Assembly: GCA_044892525.1 (NCBI GenBank)
Contig: CM097886.1
Location: forward strand, 61,752,001-61,816,000
Reading direction: 5' to 3'
Length of the DNA stretch: 64,000 nucleotides
Origin: Schmidtea polychroa
Lineage: Eukaryota
Part shown: in pieces, positions 40,521 to 54,048 of the stretch
How the letters are laid out: each line of letters begins with the position of its first letter
How positions within the stretch are numbered: position 1 is the first letter of the stretch
Position numbers and translations under genes: made by a program
The notes under the pieces: generated by a model
Databases searched by the model: none
Told to the model about the DNA's origin: nothing
Seen by the model: the letters and a program-made list of their open reading frames with translations, nothing else

Positions 40521-41444
40521 AATTTGAATAAAAAAATAAATATTATATCATATATTAATTAGTGAACTGTGTTGGTCACTTAGGTGGATATTCGTATACT
40601 CATTTCATTCTTTAAGTTTCTTTCGCGACTTACGATTGATCTCCCATACGTATGCCCGTGACGGTGGATCACTTTGGAAATGCATACGCAGTTATTCAAT
40701 TAATTCAATTAATTACAAAGGTTTTGACTTCCTATTTTAGTAGATTTATGTTTATTTTGATAATGATGCTTTGGGCTGGTTCATCCGGTCGTCGTTCAAG
40801 GTATGTTTATTTCAATGTTCGATTTAAGAAAATTGTTAACTATAAACACTACAGTGGCTGATGTAATTCGCTTATCATTGTTTATCTTACAGAATTCTAT
40901 GATTTTCATTATTAGTTCTCAGAGCGTTTATCAGGAATCAAGGCAATTCTACACGATTCGACGCTAACGGATATGACAATGGACCTATCGACCAAAAACT
41001 GTTTATCAGGATGATACGAGAAGTCAGGTCAGTCGGAAAGTTTATGTCAACAAGCGTCTATTGATCGTGGAAGAAGTGATGATTTTTCATGTGAATTTTT
41101 TAATTATGAGAATTCGATCAACAGCATATCGCTATGAATACGTCGTATGTGGATTTACACTGATACTAAAACATGCTGGACGTGAAGTTGTCGCTACTGA
41201 CAACCGATTTGGAATGTTTAAGAAACTACTGCAGAAATATCCAAGCTACTAGTCGAGAGAGCCGCTTGATAATCGACTGCAAATTCGAAAAAATTAATCG
41301 TTGAGAACTCCTATTGACTATTCTAAATGTGAAAGTATACTCGATTCGAAAAGTTACGATTATCATCGGTTAATCACTTGGAATTCTGCCTACAAACACA
41401 TTTGAGTTGCCACTCCTCGAAGATGATACCATGACTTCGTATTA

Positions 41445-42091
41445 CACTCATACCTCGCTTTACGGCCTAGATACGTTGAAAAGTTGGCCGCAAAGCGAAA
41501 CACCGCATAACGAATCAAATATTTTGATATAATTCCATATAAATTCAATAGGATTGGTTCCAATTTTTTATAAAATAACGTAGTTTTTAGTTTAAAATGC
41601 ATTTTTTTCTTTTTATTTCATTTAAAAATGCTTACATATAAAATAAAAATAAATAACAAGTACATATTATATATAACAATAAACTGAAATAAAAAAAAAC
41701 AAAAACAAATTCATTAATAAAATCGAAATTAATAAATTGATACATAATAAAATACATAAATTAAAATTTTTAAAGACAGAGTTCTAATCTGAAGACGAAC
41801 ATGAAGAATCGGTAAGCTGCAATATAATGTCAATATCATTTTCCGCTGTTGTAGATTTAGATGATTTTTTAAGAAATTTATCCAACGTTGTTTGTCTTGC
41901 CTTGGTTCTTGCTTCTTTTTGCAGTTCTAAATAACAGTTAATCGCTGAGTTAATTTCGCACCTTTTTTTCACACTTTTTTTGGCCGTATAACGAAACATT
42001 TTAGGCCGTAAATCGAGAAAGTGCCGTAATTAAAGTAGGCCGTTATAGCGAAAAGCCGTATAAAGAGCAGCCGTATAGCGAGGTATGAGTG
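41445..42091 (-). mobile_element. 647 bp non-autonomous deletion derivative of the Tigger element at 1-1553
   Basis: TIR CACTCATACCTCGCT at both ends, TA on both sides; 41445-~41955 is the near-exact reverse complement of ~1040-1553; 41955-42091 is the 5' subterminal region with repeated GCCGT(A) motifs. Confidence 0.97.
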
Positions 42092-44332
42092 TACTGATTT
42101 TAGAAATTGTCAAATGAACTCTTAGTCTCGCCACCTTTCACGGTTCACCTGCAGACCACCGGTACGAGTACCGACTATCCTCCGACGACCATAATAGACG
42201 GTTCAACTCTCATTTAAATAATTATAATAATTGCAAATAATATGAAATATTAAATAAACAAAATCTTACCAGCGACCCTTTCCTTTGTCTCTACATATGA
42301 TTTTCACAATTTATTCGTCACTCTAGACATTGGTATATAATATTCAACCTATATTTCTCCCACAATATCTCTGGTCGGATCAATTTCACTATGGGTGCTG
42401 TTTACATGTTGTTCAAAATTTCCCAAAGGACTCAAATTTTATGAATACTATTCATCCTCGCCCTCTCAGTGGCTCTAGAAATCATATGCAGACGTCTAAA
42501 CGGTAACGTCGCTGGATCCGTGAAGAGAAAAAACCAAATAATGTGCATATTCATAATATTTTAGTTATAAACAGTACATATGGTATGAAATCGTTATAAA
42601 TGTAATAAAATAAAGGATACAATTTTACTTTTGTTCTAATTCTTCTGCTCGATTGAGTTCTCTGAAATTGAAGCTGTGAAAATATCTGTAGAATCGTTTT
42701 CGAAAATCGTGATATAGTGCTGAACGTTGTTGTAATAGGTCCCTTTCAAAAGTTTTTAGAAGTTTCTGTTTGGAGTATCCTGTGAAAAGTTTTTAGAAGT
42801 TTCTGTTAGGAATTCCCCGTTTAAGATTTGTTAGAAGTTTATTGCTTTCCTGGTTCGTACCTGTCAAAAGTTTATAGAAGTTGAGGGAATTAGCCAAGTG
42901 TTCCCTTATATAGAATTTTTCGTCCAATCAGGACTTAGCTTGTGTGTATCTTTAATATTTTCTTATTTTTTTTAGTTTTTTAAGTTTTTTTCATGCTATT
43001 TATTTGTTTTATTTTATTAATTTATCAAGTAATTTAATTTATATATTTTCTTTTATTTTTGTTAATTTTTATTGGTAATTTCTCTTGTAATTTGCTGTTT
43101 TGCTTTTCCTTTATTTTTTATTTATTGTTTTTATGTTAAATTTTATTTTCTTGTTCAATTTTTTAACTCCCTGTTGTTTTATTGTTATTAATTTCTTATG
43201 GTTGTGTGGTTTATTTGTTATTATTCGTGGTTTCCATACTATGCTTTTAGCTACTTTCTTAATCTCTTGTTTTCTCCTTTTATTATTTAATTTTCCCTCA
43301 CACTTGGCTGATTCGCTCAACTTTACTTAATACGGTATTTAATTTTTAATTAATTTATAAAAGAAGGATTTTTACGATTCACTACCTCTCCCAATTTTCA
43401 CAACTTCAATCTAACTTTCATAACTTCAATTCAACTTTCATAAGCCCAACAACTGTTAATTATTGCTGGTGTCCGCAAACAATTATTATCATAACTCATA
43501 CCTCATTGTAACTGCAATCTATGGTAAAGGGCATTGAAGCATCGATCCCAGACCTTTGTTCAGCCGATCGCAGTTTTAATTTGTTGTTTAGGGTACAAAC
43601 CGGTTTTAATTTAGAAAATATCGATTTTGCTTTTGATGTACGTATAGAATATTAAAAACGAAGCAATGTTCACGGTTGACAAATGACAATTTGACTGCAC
43701 TTTTATTTTATATCTATTGTTATACCTTTATAAGGCAAAGGCTGAAATTGGTTATTGCATCAATCAGTTGCTCTAAAATCCCTATTTCTAATACCTCCTA
43801 TAGAACCTTAACACGTCAACACTTTGTCAAGAACGGTCTTTGGTTAATTTATTGTTCTATCAGAGGGAAGATAAAATAATACTATGTGTACTATTGAAAT
43901 ACCCGCGATCACAACTAGTTGCCCATGATCTATATAACACCAAAAAACTATAAAAGCGAAATAATCAAACTTCTGAAAAAAAATATTTTAGTTCTATTTT
44001 CGCGTATTTAAGATTCTTTTATTAATGGACGTTATCATTTCATCCCTTGAGTAGCCGTCAATACTACAAAGAACGTAGCAAACCGAAATGCTTAATGAAC
44101 CGAGAGCCCTTCTATAAGTGGCCTAGTAAAATTCGAGGGGGTCAGTTGGAGAGAATTCATGGCAACGGAAATCAACTATCCACTCCATCCCCACCGCTAT
44201 ATAAATCCCAATCACGAGTTCATATAAGGTAAATTGTGTTGACATCTATTCCCCCCCCCCGCCCAGCTTACCAAAAAAATATCGAAATAAGCCCAATTAA
44301 AACAGAACACAACGAGAACAAAAGATAACATC

Positions 44333-45971
44333 TCATTCCATATTTACATCATTCGAGAGAAAGCTGGAAATTGCCGTTTGTACAGATTCCCTGATAAAGG
44401 CGAAATATGAGGACATTGCAGTGAATCCTTCCTTCAAAAGCTGCTCCCCTGTAGTTCCTATCAATCATTAATATTAATCACATAGCAATAAATATGCCTA
44501 CCATCAGAATAGCGTAACAACACCTCAATACCCGACTCAACCCTGTGATAGGAACAAGTGGCCTTCCCACCAAACCTGAATGATTGCATCAAGCAGAATT
44601 AATCAACAACACGAATCCTTACAAATAATTCACCAAATACGACAGAGAAACACCTAAAGTATCCGTTTCTCCGTGAAATCGATAGAACGGCGATCCGTTT
44701 CCTACATTCAGATCTTTCTCGATGAAGCAAATTTTACCGCAAACCTTTTTCGCATATGATTTGTAATCGACCTTGCGATTGGTATTTTTCACTTGCTCCG
44801 TTTGCTGTTCCATATATTCAAGGTTGCCTTGGTAGAATCGGCACTTTTCAATCATTGCACTCAACGCACTGACTAGAATGTGCGCTGCTGGTTGATGCTT
44901 TGGTCGATCTGATTCCACCAGCCAAATGAAAACATTTTCATCCAATCCAATTTCAACTTTGCCTCTCAGTTCTTCATATTCATAAAAATTTTTATTCGTT
45001 CTTTCAATGAGCCTTGTATCAGCAACTCTGGCGACTCCTTTCTCAATCTAATTACAAATGATTATCAAAACTGAATTCATATAATATTTTATTGTTACAA
45101 GAACATTTATTAAATAATAATTATAAATGATTATTATACCTTAATTACACCTTCTGGGAATAAACTCTGTAATGTTAGAGCGCTTTTTCCAGTAATTGGA
45201 GATAATAACTTGAGAGTGGGAGCTCTGCGACCATGTGCTGCACTGACCGGAATGAATTTTGCATGATCATGCCCGTAATTCTTCACTGCCATAGCAACAA
45301 TAAATATTTCCTCACCTGGCATCAATCTATCTAATACAACGTCTTCAGTTAATTTGACATCGCAAAATTTCAATTTCTGATCTCCTATTGGACGCCATAT
45401 TAAATGATCACTAAAATTTAACTTTATATTGAAACTTGCAAATTAGTATAATTTACCTGTATACTGTACGATCTCGACGTTCTTTATAAGTCTCCAAAAA
45501 TTTCTCTACTACATTCTTATTAAGAGGATCTATAAATTTATGAAATCGACTGGTATCAATACTTTTCAGTTTATTGTAATTAACATCTAAATCAAATATC
45601 AAACAAGCGTTTGAATCAAATCCTGATTTGTCATCAGCAGGTAATTCTGATGAATAAAATTCTAACAAATCTGGATTAACATCAACTGGAGTAAGACCTA
45701 TACGTAGTTGCAAATCAGAATCATCAATACAACTTGTATTATTGTATAAATAAATTCGATCAATTGCAACTGATGGTACCTCATTGATAATTAGCCTTCT
45801 CAGAGTACAATGAAAATCACTAGGTAAATTGTGAATCTCAAATCTAAGTTTTTCGTTTTCATAACTTAGAATATTTATATTAAAATTTTCTTTTAGACTA
45901 TTTAAACTGCCCACACAATGTTTTGAAGGCTTATATTGGTTGCAGTGTTCCTCAATAATATATTTAGACAT
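44333..45971 (-). CDS. POLR1C-POLR1D: RNA polymerase I/III AC40-AC19 (RPAC1-RPAC2 / POLR1C-POLR1D) fusion, predicted 469 aa; exons 45971-45457, 45410-45140, 45047-44623, 44575-44502, 44457-44333
   Basis: AC40 motifs LRRLIINEVP, YNNTS, RIGLTPV, GHDHAKF, VFIWLVES...ALSAMIEKCRF (340 aa). Same frame continues MEQQ...YRFHGETDTLGVSLSYLV (AC19 pattern FVLHEEDHTLGNSLRYMI) and, through two more GT-AG introns (47 and 44 nt), an amphipathic helix ending at TGA (129 aa). Exon lengths 515+271+425+74+125 = 1410 nt. Confidence 0.88.
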
Positions 45972-46399
45972 AAATTTTAACTAATATTAAATAATTAATA
46001 TTTTTTTTTAATTGCAATATTAAAACAACATATAATTCATTTTCATGAAGAGGGTTTAAATTTATTTATGAATTTCTAAAATATCAGTTATTTCTATTTA
46101 TCATTTGGAAATGTTTTTATGTCATAGATTTTCTTCATAAATTGAGACTTCGAACAGATCAAAATGACGTGCATGATTTTAATTATTAAATTTTTTGAAA
46201 TAATGACAAATTTTCAATCAATAAGAAATATAATATAATATTTTATATTAAAATTAAAATAAAAAATCTTAAAATTTAATTTAAATTTATAATTAGAAAG
46301 AATTAAATGAAATTAGATGACAAAAATTGTGATAATGAATCGTAATTGAAATAGGTTTGATTAAAAATATTAAAAAATGTTAAATTTAAACTTGTAAGT

Positions 46400-48408
46400 G
46401 GACAATTGTATGTGACGGTTGACAAAGAAAGGTTTTTGTTTCCACTATTTTTAATGTTCTAACTTTCAGATGGGTTCATGGGCTTATTATCGAACGTGAT
46501 ATGTCCAAATTCTAGTCTTCTTATTGTTTGACTTTTTGGCAATTACAGCTTGTGTTGTTAAGTTATTTTAAGTTCACTGATATATTTGTCATCAACTTTT
46601 TCTTCAAGTGCCTCTCACAAGTGAGAGAAACTATATTGTTTGATAAAGTATTATGAGTAAGTTTTAACTAGTTTTCTCGTAATTGTGTCACCCAAACTGT
46701 ATGCAATAACTTGGACAAGTTGAAATATGGTTACTCCGTAATTATTAAGATTAAGTTTATTTGACAAATTTACTTGATTAAATATCCTAGTTTCACTTGC
46801 CTTTTGACATAACCATGCCGATGAGAACAAAATCTTTTATTCAATCTTCCTTTTCTTTGAAGCAGAAGTTTAATCTTAAGCTTCACTATTCTGTTTCAGT
46901 TGAATAAGTTTATCTTATTTGGAAGCAATACAAATCTCATGTCGCCTGCACAACTCGTACACTTTGATGGGTTATTAGAATGGGTCCATCACAAGGCTGA
47001 CACATTGTTGGTCAGCTATCTTTCGAAAATTCTCAAAAACTGATAGACAATTTTAAAAATTTCTGAAAGAATTAGAAATTTGATAACCATTCTAATGAGT
47101 TGCTATTCTATTCTATTGTTAGATAGTTATCAACATAAATTGTATTAAGTCGTTTTTGTGATTTAATTGGCCCAATCAAGGATTTTCTTAATAAAAAGCT
47201 AAACTTTTATCCACAGTTAGAAGAAACCTACTGGCTACAAGATTTAATGTTCTTAACTGATATTATGGAATATATACAATCACTATATTTAAAATTACAA
47301 GAAAAGGAAAAAAACTCGTTGATCTCTCGCATGTGATTTTTTGCCTTGAAAGAAAATTAAAACTGTTCGAAAACGATTTGATTTCTAAAAATTTCAGTTA
47401 TTTTCCCAGATTGATAAATTTGTCTTCACAAATCGAAGATACAAAACCTGAAGAGTATATAGATAAATTACAAGAATTAATAGATGATTTTGCATTGATA
47501 TTTGAAGATTTAAGAAAATTCAAATTATGCATCGATTTTTTGGTGAATCTAATTGAAATTGATGTAATCAACAAAGAATTTTCAATTATACAAAGTATTT
47601 ACCTATAATAATTACTGCAGAATTGAATTGATTGACAAGCAGGAAGATCTTGGATTAAAAATGCATCATAAATCGATAGTGTCTCCAATAAAATTTTGGA
47701 AACTTGTTGCTGAATCTAAATACCCACATTTCTAAAAGGCAGCCTTAAAGTTAATCTCAATGCTTGGAACGACCTACTGTTGTGAATCTTTGTATTCTGT
47801 AAAGAAATATATTAAGTCTAAACATTAAAAGCAGGATTTTAAGAAATTTGCAGAGAAAATGCAATTCGACAAAAGAAACATTTGATGGTGAATAATAAAT
47901 AAATCTTGAAATGAATGTTCAAAATGAATGTTGTTAAAAACATTTTTATATAAAAATAAATTTTGTTGTCTTTATTTTTGCCAAGTTGTGGCTCTCCATT
48001 ATTTAGGTCAGTGGTTCTCAATTAATATAAAAGCGCGGAACACCATTCACATGATTTTTTTTACGCGGAACACTGACAAAAAAATACTTCCCCACAATGA
48101 GTGACCAATCACAAATTACTATATATCTGTCGTAAACGTAAACAATGCCTTCTTATAAGCAAAGAAAATACCACACGCAACAATAACAAGCAATAAAAAC
48201 TCTTTTATATTTGTATATTTATATATCTGTGTAGCGGCTTTCTTATTGAATCATCTTATAAAAAAATTAATTGAGGTTTTTGATGATATGTATCTTAGAT
48301 GCAAATCTAAAGATAAAATGTCATTTTTTTCGCGGAACACGGGTTGAAAACCTCTGATTTAAGTTTATGGTTTTTGGCTCTTATGGAAGAAAAGTTTGGC
48401 CACCCCTG
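46400..48408 (+). mobile_element. Degenerate hAT Charlie (GTF2IRD2-like) element
   Basis: YPQLEET.WLQDLMFLTDI, RKLKLFENDL...YFP, YPHF.KAALKLISMLGTTYCCESL; right TIR AGTTTGGCCACCCCTG ends at 48408. Left boundary approximate. Confidence 0.85.
48009..48356. mobile_element. hAT MITE nested in the Charlie 3' end
   Basis: TIRs CAGTGGTTCTCAA / TTGAAAACCTCTG; 8 bp TSD ATTTAGGT / ATTTAAGT (one mismatch); subterminal CGCGGAACAC repeats. Confidence 0.8.
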
Positions 48409-49572
48409 GTATATATATTTGAGCTTTTATCTTGATTTGTGTTCTGAATTGACAGAAGTGAAAGCATGCCTTCTCAGTTGGATTTATTTTAATATGATTT
48501 TTTCTAAGACCTAATTCAGTTTGATTTACTTATTCTTTGTGTTTATTTGGCATTCTTTTTTATTTACTAATTTTAGTCGATTTTTCTCTTTACTTTCACT
48601 TGGTGTGTCTCATCATCGAAATTTCCCTTTGTCCGGACACCTTTGGGTAATCATCATTTTTTTTTGATAATTTTTTTGATTAGCCCGATTCAATATATAT
48701 CGTTTGTAACTGCTTGTGTTTTTTATTTTATTCAATGTATATTTATATTTCGATTAATTGATTTTGTTGATTAAATATGTTTTATTTAGTGTTTTCTCAT
48801 TTTTTGAATTGACTGCTTGTGGTTTTCATGATTTTCAGCTGGGTCTCGACACATTTTTTACGCCATGGGTTTTTTTATTTCGTTTGTTTTAATCAATTTA
48901 TTTAATTTCATTATCTAATGATTAGATTCGAATCTATTTCGACCAAGCCCAAAATTACTTTAATTTCTGAGATTATTGCTCTTACTGCACAATTCTTATT
49001 GTATATTATTCGTAGTTTTATAATAGTGTTATTAATTATAGTCAAATTATACGTTCAATTTACATTGTTTAAATTTCGACCTCTCCTTTGCAAGGCCATC
49101 CCATGTCTTGAGGCCCGGCAGGTGGAAAATAGTTTAGTGAAGAAATATTAATTTTCCAATCTTTATTACGTTCATTATGGTTTAAACTTACTACTTATTA
49201 ATTAAATAGGTAGCACTTGTATGTATATTATACATTTATGTACTTAAATAAATATTACAAAAAATACCTCATAGTATTAGAGTTAGCAATATCATAATAA
49301 CTTGGCTAATATTAAAGTATTTTCTTTGATCTATAAAACAAATAAGGGGCTTATGGTCTTTTTAATTTATGAAAAAAAATCTTCGTGCTTTCTTTCAATG
49401 GATATCATCATTTATTAATCTGTGAAATCTATTTACAAATAAAGTAATTTGTCTGTTTGTTCTTCCCATATAAATGTTTCCGGTGTTCAGCAATTAAAAC
49501 AAAGTATTTGCTCTTTACAAGTATTTATAGCGGACTGATCAAATGTTTGATAATTTAATGTTACATTTAAAA

Positions 49573-50259
49573 ATGATTAAATACATTTTCATTTTGTTAT
49601 ATTTTCTGTTGGGAATAAAATCTGTGAGAAGGGAAATTGTTGATAAGCTTAATGATATTAAATATGCAATTAGTTCTGACCCAAGACAACTCGATAGAGC
49701 TCTGTCTGACCTTGTAGAAGTTGGGCCTGAGTTATACGAAGCTTGTTCAAAACTTAAAGTTGGAAAGTCAAAGATTCCTATTCTTGTAGACATAAACGAG
49801 TTTTTGGTAAATTTAAATAAAAAATTACCGATAATTACAAATTCGGATTTGAAAAAGCTTCCATCATATATTGAAAGAGATTTTATGGTAGAAGAGGGGC
49901 TATTATTAAATAAGGTTAAAATAATTTTTGAAGAATTTCAATCAACAGCTAAAGACGGAAGTTGGGAAATTTTCAATCGAAATTATGGAAAAGCTTACAA
50001 AATGTCTGCTTTATCTATATTGCAATTTTTAATGATAGACAGTTTGTCAATTGTAAAAAAGTTGACGAATTGCAACAAAGAAATTATGGGAATTCACTGT
50101 GCTAGATCTATTCTTCGAATTGATCAAGGTTTACTGATTGAAGGATGCTCTCTTGGATATAATAAAATGTCAAGTCTCGCTCCACGGATAATTGAAAACT
50201 GGAAAATTAGATTAGGGAAACTATTACTATTCTGTAAAAAACAAATATCAGAATGTTGA
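49573..50259 (+). CDS. Intronless hypothetical protein (228 aa) with predicted signal peptide
   Basis: Long clean ORF in AT-rich DNA; N-terminus MIKYIFILLYFLLGIKS has a basic n-region and hydrophobic h-region; no family recognised. Confidence 0.65.
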   Translation: MIKYIFILLYFLLGIKSVRREIVDKLNDIKYAISSDPRQLDRALSDLVEVGPELYEACSKLKVGKSKIPILVDINEFLVNLNKKLPIITNSDLKKLPSYIERDFMVEEGLLLNKVKIIFEEFQSTAKDGSWEIFNRNYGKAYKMSALSILQFLMIDSLSIVKKLTNCNKEIMGIHCARSILRIDQGLLIEGCSLGYNKMSSLAPRIIENWKIRLGKLLLFCKKQISEC

Positions 50260-52729
50260 TAATTTATAATTTTAATACATTCTTGATTTAAACAAATTTT
50301 ATAGAATCATTTTGAATTGAAATTTACTGAATGAATTCATATTTTAAATAATAATAATAATGAAAAAAATATAGCGATAATTTAATTATTAGAAAGTTAA
50401 TTATTTCGGCATTTCCACTGTCATTATTAGGGGTGGCTATTAGGTGTACTCTAATATTATCTATGCTCTTAAATAAAAAAAAGTGAGCTATAAAATATAT
50501 TAAAAAATTAATTTATGATTAAGATTAATAAGTTTAAGATTTCATTTAATTTATTTAAGCTTTCGATTATCTATTTTAGGATCTTATCTAATTAAAATTA
50601 TAGCTCATATAATTACAATTATAGCTCATTTTAAACAACAACTCTATTAAAAAAATTATGTGATCTTTTATTCCTTTTAGAGCACAACCTTTAGTTTTTA
50701 GTTTCCAAAATAAATATATTTTAGAGCATGACTAATATTTCCCCATTATTAGGTAGGACAGACAAAATATAGACATAATAGTTGTAAGATGTATTTATAT
50801 AAACTTTTCATATTTATAGTATCTATATTTTATTATTTGAATGTTGTGGTATGTTGAAATTGAATGTTGAAATTGTTCGAAATATTATTTGGATTTGAAT
50901 TAATTCCCCAGAAATGAATTAAGAAAATACGTTGTTTCAATAATATATAATTATTCACGACTTTGAATTCATTAATGTCTAAAATTAAGACGAATCCTAA
51001 CAATAGTTATCTCAAACAATTTATAAAATTATTATCATTTTAAATTTTAATCAAACTTAAATAAAACATTTTTAAACTAAATATTATTTTTAAAATATAT
51101 TTAAAGTTTTTCAATTATTTTTATTTCACTTTTCAACATAATTTTAATATTAATGAACAATAAATAAATTTGAATATTTTAAAAATCAAAGTTATTACAC
51201 TTACAAATTTAATCATGAAACATGACTTTTTAGTGTTAGGTGGAAAAAGTGGTCCATCGCATTTTTATGTGGGTAATTTTGGTCTTTATGAAACACTAAG
51301 ATTTTTGTGGTTTAAGTATTTCGTACAGACTAAAGTGGTCTCAGTTCTATTGAACAGAGAATTTGAATCGAATAAAATTTCAATTGGAATTTCATAGTCT
51401 TGATATAGAACACTAGGAAATTTGTAATTTAAGTAAGTAATTTTTGTACAATCGGTTTTGACAAATGGTAGAATCGGTCTAGTTGCTTTCCTGGCTTTAA
51501 CTTGAAATTTCTTGATACAAGCTTTAATTGTTTTAGATTGCTTCTTCAATATGAAAATGTTTTCTACGGTAATTTCGTAGGTTATTATGCTTATCGTTTT
51601 AATTCTGTTTGCCAAGCTGTCTTCTTTTAAAATTGTGTTTCTCTTTTTCTTTTCAACTTACATCTTTTTTTCTCTTTTTAAAATCTGTCTATGAATTTAA
51701 GTTTTGTTTTGGCCATTCTATAACACATACAGATAAATATTTTTACTTCCATCACATTCTATTGGATTCCAGTTTTCCATTGTTTTTGACAAGCTATCGA
51801 GATATCATAATTTAATTTCGATTTTATTATTGTTTTCTTATGTTGGACTGGAAACTAAAATCAAATAAATTTCTAATTTTTTTTACTTTCTTGTAGTAAA
51901 AAAGTAAAAAAGAAATGCAGTGAAAAGGTCAGTTGAGATACCCAAATAACACATAAAAAGCAAGAAGTGAATTTAAATAAAATAATAACATCAATTAAAC
52001 AAATATAAAGAAAATAACAAAAAATATTAAATAAAACAAAAATAAGCTAAATTCAAAACCACAAGAAGCATACAAAACAAAGTAGGAGGCACAAAAAATA
52101 AAAAGGTTGCTAAGAAAAGAGACGTAAAACCGCAGATAACACCCAAATAAGAACGGTGTGCAAGAGCCGACAAACGATCAGGATTGAGCAAAAAAGAAAA
52201 TAATTACAACCAAAAATCAACGATTTCAATTAAAAACGAAAAACAACCAATCAAATATCGATAATTAAAATCGAAAAATAAATTAAAAATATAAACCTAC
52301 ACATATAGCCGATCATGATTGGTCGAAAATTACAGAGAAAAACTATATATGGGTCCCTCTCAAAGGAAATTTTCACTGTTTACTTCTATAAAATTTAGAT
52401 TTTAAGCCGTAATCACTATTTATCATCAACTTCAACTATAAATTCCATAAATCACAAACCGAAGTATTCCAACGTTTACACCATTCAGGAGTACATAGTA
52501 AATTTGTAATTGTTTTCTTTACGTATGTATTTATACGAATCTGTAATTTGATGGAACTTGATTAAATAACTTTAACTTAAATCGTTCACCTTTTTCTTTC
52601 ACCTTTTTCAGTAGATAGTGTAAGTGCACCAGTGTAGAAAGTCGATAACGAGGATTAGAATAGGGAAGTAGAACGAACTTCCTACCAGTAACGGTTCATA
52701 ATCACCAACGAGAGAAATGTGCGGAAATC

Positions 52730-53760
52730 TAATCAATGAGAGGACCACAATGATTGAGGCTTCCAGCGTCTAGAAACCGACAACAGCACTGAAACACTCG
52801 AAAAAAAATTGATACAATTGGCTTTATTATATGACTCTCTTCCACTTAGTACATCCTGAATCTTGACGAATAGGTTTATTGCCAAAGCTGAATCCAACCG
52901 CGAGTAAAGCACATAGGAATTTAGGTTCCACCATCGAAACAGAAGTAAAATTTGAGGTATATACACTGACATTTTCCATAAGAATCATTCGTACAACACT
53001 TATTTTCAAGACTATTTACGAACATCTATTAATTTCAACAAATAACACTATCGTAATCAGCTAACTACATGATAAGGTCAACGTCGTAAACTTTTAACTG
53101 AATAATCCGTACGATCATAGTACGTAGATGTGAGCCCCATTAATCAGTATGAGCTATCGCGCATATATACCCTCTCCCCTACTGATGAGTTATTGCGCGT
53201 TTGATCGATGAGTTGTTGCGCATATAGTTTTTTTATGTGTATATTGATTAAAAAGTTCTATTGCTGAATTTTAAGTGCAAAGTGAAAAATGTGCAAAATT
53301 TAGTCAGAGGTGCTTTTCTTAGATTTTAAGATTTCACCCAGATATGTTCCACGAAAAAGACTTGTTATTTGTCGACACAGATTATTTATTTGTAAATCAA
53401 CGAAAAGATATCTTTTCGATATAAATTCGCATTTTTAAGGAATAATTTTTGTAACATTGGGAACCAAGTATATTTAGTCAAGACATCCTTAACAAAAAGT
53501 TGCGTCTTGATTCAACTAAGAGGATTCTTATATAAAGTTCTCGAAAGGTTTCTTGGTACTCCCAGGAATTAAGACAAGGTAAAACCAATCGATAATTCAC
53601 AAAAATTCCACATTTAGACTGCAGTATAATATTCTGACAAAAGCACGAATAAATAATAAAAACGAGGGAAAAAAGGAAAGCCAACAGATGGCCATAGTCC
53701 ATACAAAATATATGAATTTTACAGGTGGTTAATACCTCGTTTCTACTAGACATCACTGAT
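52730..53760 (-). mobile_element. Degenerate gypsy fragments (integrase zinc-binding-like segment about 53400-53760; gag-start-like segment about 52730-53010)
   Basis: GIFVNYRLVLP... layout resembles the gypsy H2C2 region; weak by-eye match with stops. Confidence 0.35.
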
Positions 53761-54048
53761 TACATTAAATTTTTAATAAAATAAAATAATAAATAACATT
53801 TAAAAAATTTATTAATGTCATCATCAAAGCCGACTACCCATGACTCTTCGTTTTCACTCAATTTCTCTTCTTGTTAGTGTGCGCACACAGACGCGAGAAG
53901 TAGATTTTTCTATTTTTTATATTGTGGTTTATATTAATTGGTAGATTTAGAATTGATTTTAATTCTGGTAATTTGGGTTTGGTTCGAGGAATTTTTGTTT
54001 GAACGGGTTATTTATGTGAATTTTTTGAATTTTCGGCTTTATTTAAAT

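Noticed and set aside
44619-44945. ORF-track entry first read as a stand-alone gene or gypsy RT fragment
   Set aside because: It is part of exon 3 of the polymerase subunit gene; its apparent stop lies inside the GTAAGG donor at 44622.
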